NCBI GenBank assembly: GCA_001642005.1
Contig: LWCA01000249.1
Coordinates: 1 to 37,133 of the forward strand
From: Intoshia linei
Lineage: Eukaryota > Animalia > Orthonectida
Reading direction: 5' to 3'
DNA: 37,133 nt
The position numbers and the translations under genes were made by a program. Shown here piece by piece: positions 34,653-37,133 of the stretch (positions are counted from its first letter, which is position 1; each line of letters opens with the position of its first letter). The notes beneath the pieces are model-generated. The model did no database searches. It was not told the DNA's origin and saw nothing but the letters and a program-made list of their open reading frames with translations.

Positions 34653-35315
34653 CAGGGATATATTATTAATGGATTTGCAACCAATTTAATTGCAATTAAT
34701 TGTAATAAAGTGGTTTTTTAAAATATAAAAAAAATCAATTTATTGAGATTGATAATAATATCATAATAATTTTTAAAAAACTAGTCATGTTGTTATAATA
34801 AATATACTAGAATGCTGTTTGTCCGAAGTACATAACAGTCAAGCTAGTAGTTAAATGAATCATCATTCTGGTTAAAAACGCGTTTCTATTTTTCTACAAT
34901 TGCATATAATAATGAAAAGTTAATAGTATTTTATTATACAATATCAAACTATTTTAGTGGCATTATATTTTATTTGAAAAATAGTATTTAGTAAATATTT
35001 TCATAGTATTTATTTTATTTCCTCCTTCGAATTTGGAAATACAATTGTTTCTGGAAATAAATAAAGCATGGTGGACTGTGATACGCTACAACGAGTGTTG
35101 ACAGTGTCAATTTGACACCTTAACATTGTATTATTATAAATTATAGTGTATAATGATTAAATTTAATTTTTTCATGTAATCATCAAAAAAAAGATTCAAT
35201 CTATATTTTTTCAGTTTTATAAAAAAAACCCCTTAATTGAAAAATTAATATTTAGCATACAATGAATCGGTTTATACAAAATAATTGATTGCAATCAATC
35301 TATTTCCAATACCTG
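34653..35315. mobile_element. Complete family B hAT MITE
   Basis: Perfect 8-bp TSD GTGTTCAC (34645-34652 and 35316-35323); termini CAGGGAT... and ...TTCCAATACCTG. Confidence 0.88.
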
Positions 35316-36026
35316 GTGTTCACTGCAGTGCAAAGTGTTCACAGAATCTACAAAAATATACCGGCTGAAATTGATTATAAAATAATACTTATAATAATAG
35401 TATAAAAGTAAAACTAGGGAATATTATTTTGAATCATTAAATAAGATAATATAAATATAAAGTATTACACACTTTTTTAATTTCAAAATTATTTAATTGT
35501 TTTTTTATAAAATTCAGCGTTTGTCGAACATAGGTCCGCAGACCACTACCTGTCCTAATGAAAATTTGACCAGATCGCAAAAACATATTGAAAAATTAAT
35601 ATTGAACTAATAATGTAAAAAATAATAGAGTAATATGATATCACTGATAATACCACATTCAAATTTGTTGTTTTTGTGAATTTTTCAAAAGATAAAAAAA
35701 TTACATTTACTCTTTATTACATTAAGCTGTAATACATATTCACGAATGAAGGGCGATTAGTTTATATCTAGTGTATTTGAGTGTAAAATAACATAACCTC
35801 AAATGGGTTATTGCAACAATGTCGATTCGAATAGGTTATCACTTTAAATCTACTACATATGATGTCATATACGTGGTTATTGAATTACTGTATTGATACC
35901 CACATGTATATATTATATATATATGGTATTATTTTTAATTTAATCTTAAATCATTTATTTAGGTGTTTACCAGGGTTAATAATAAAATAAAATATATAAA
36001 ATAATAATAAAAAGAAATTACATTAA

Positions 36027-36533
36027 CCCATATACTCCCAGACAAATATTACCAATTTTTTGGCTTCGATTTTTCCAAAAATTTGGGAAGTTAATACATA
36101 CTTGCCTATTTCTCACCATATATAATTTTAGGTAATTACTAATTGTAGTTATGGAGTTATTTCACATTCCATATGTTCACATTGGGGGAATAAGGCAAAT
36201 AAAAGTGTGTATATATAAAACCGCATCGTAATATACCTAATTATTTCATCAAATTGTAGCAAAATACATGAATTCATCATATGGTATTCATTAAATTCAG
36301 TTATCACAACTTCAAAAAAAAATATAAAAAATTTTGTCAGTGAATTTTTTTTGGCTTTGAAAAATCATTTTGGCCCACTGTCAGTGACACAGAAGGCTAA
36401 TCGGTAAAAACTCATAACTAATATACTCAAATGTTATATAATATACTAATTAATTTATATTTTCATATTTATATAACTTTGTTTCAATTTGATACGTGTT
36501 TTTATAATACCATATGGTCAGACTGGGAGTATA
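36027..36533. mobile_element. Possible piggyBac-like MITE with eroded right end
   Basis: TTAA|CCCATATACTCCCAG at left and inverted CTGGGAGTATA at 36523-36533; terminal GGG-TTAA is missing. Confidence 0.45.
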
Positions 36534-37133
36534 ATATAAAATAATATAATAAATGACACATACATGTATATTAGGATTTTTCACATTTTACTAATACAAA
36601 TGTACTAATATTTTAGAATTAATAATGTAAATATTATATATTATATTTTATATATGTGTTTATACATTATATATGTATATAATATTACTAATTACTCACT
36701 ATAATAATAGTTATTCAATCTATTTGTTAATAAGGTCACATTACTCATGTGACATAATGAAAAAAATTGGAATTTTTCATTTTTAAATTCAAAAAATAAT
36801 AGTGTAGCCATTAATAACAAATTACAAACTAAAACAAACAAAAGTATACCACATAATAATATTAAAAATAAATTTAAACTTACATACTACAATTAAATCA
36901 ATTATGAAGCAAAAAATGTTTTAGATTTAACAACTATTAAATATTATGCATATTCAATAAAATAATTATATATGTATTTAGAAATAATTGGTAATCATCA
37001 TTAATTAATAAGAATGATTTGAATCATATTAATTGGTATCAATAAAAGTGAGCTTCTCAGTTTAGGTTTAATAATGATAATAAAAAATTACTTTAGGAAT
37101 ATTTAATAATATAAATAGTATATTATATATAGT

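Overview
Very AT-rich, compact eukaryotic (animal) genomic DNA. Introns are spliceosomal GT-AG and bimodal in size: many are 34-45 nt, while the kb-sized ones are filled with transposon remnants. The ORF track therefore shows only exon fragments. By manual splicing and translation I read, left to right: a Chapaev3-like transposase remnant; the 5' part of MSH4 (-); MEIG1 (+); a ~20 kb AK9 gene (-) with a decayed, intron-containing MAPKAPK2/3 pseudogene nested antisense in one intron; SPATA17 (-); a C2orf73/CIMIP6 homolog (+); a small stand-alone harmonin-N/PAH-like protein (-); the N-terminal half of MFSD9 (+); and an IR/DR-type Tc1 remnant next to an ambiguous base (n, 32330). Non-coding DNA is dominated by a non-autonomous Helitron-like family and several hAT MITEs, some nested. 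The most notable pattern is five consecutive meiosis/flagellum genes with very short intergenic spacers, two head-to-head promoters and abutting or overlapping 3' ends. All homology calls come from remembered family motifs, not database searches. I found no evidence of a wholly new molecular system.
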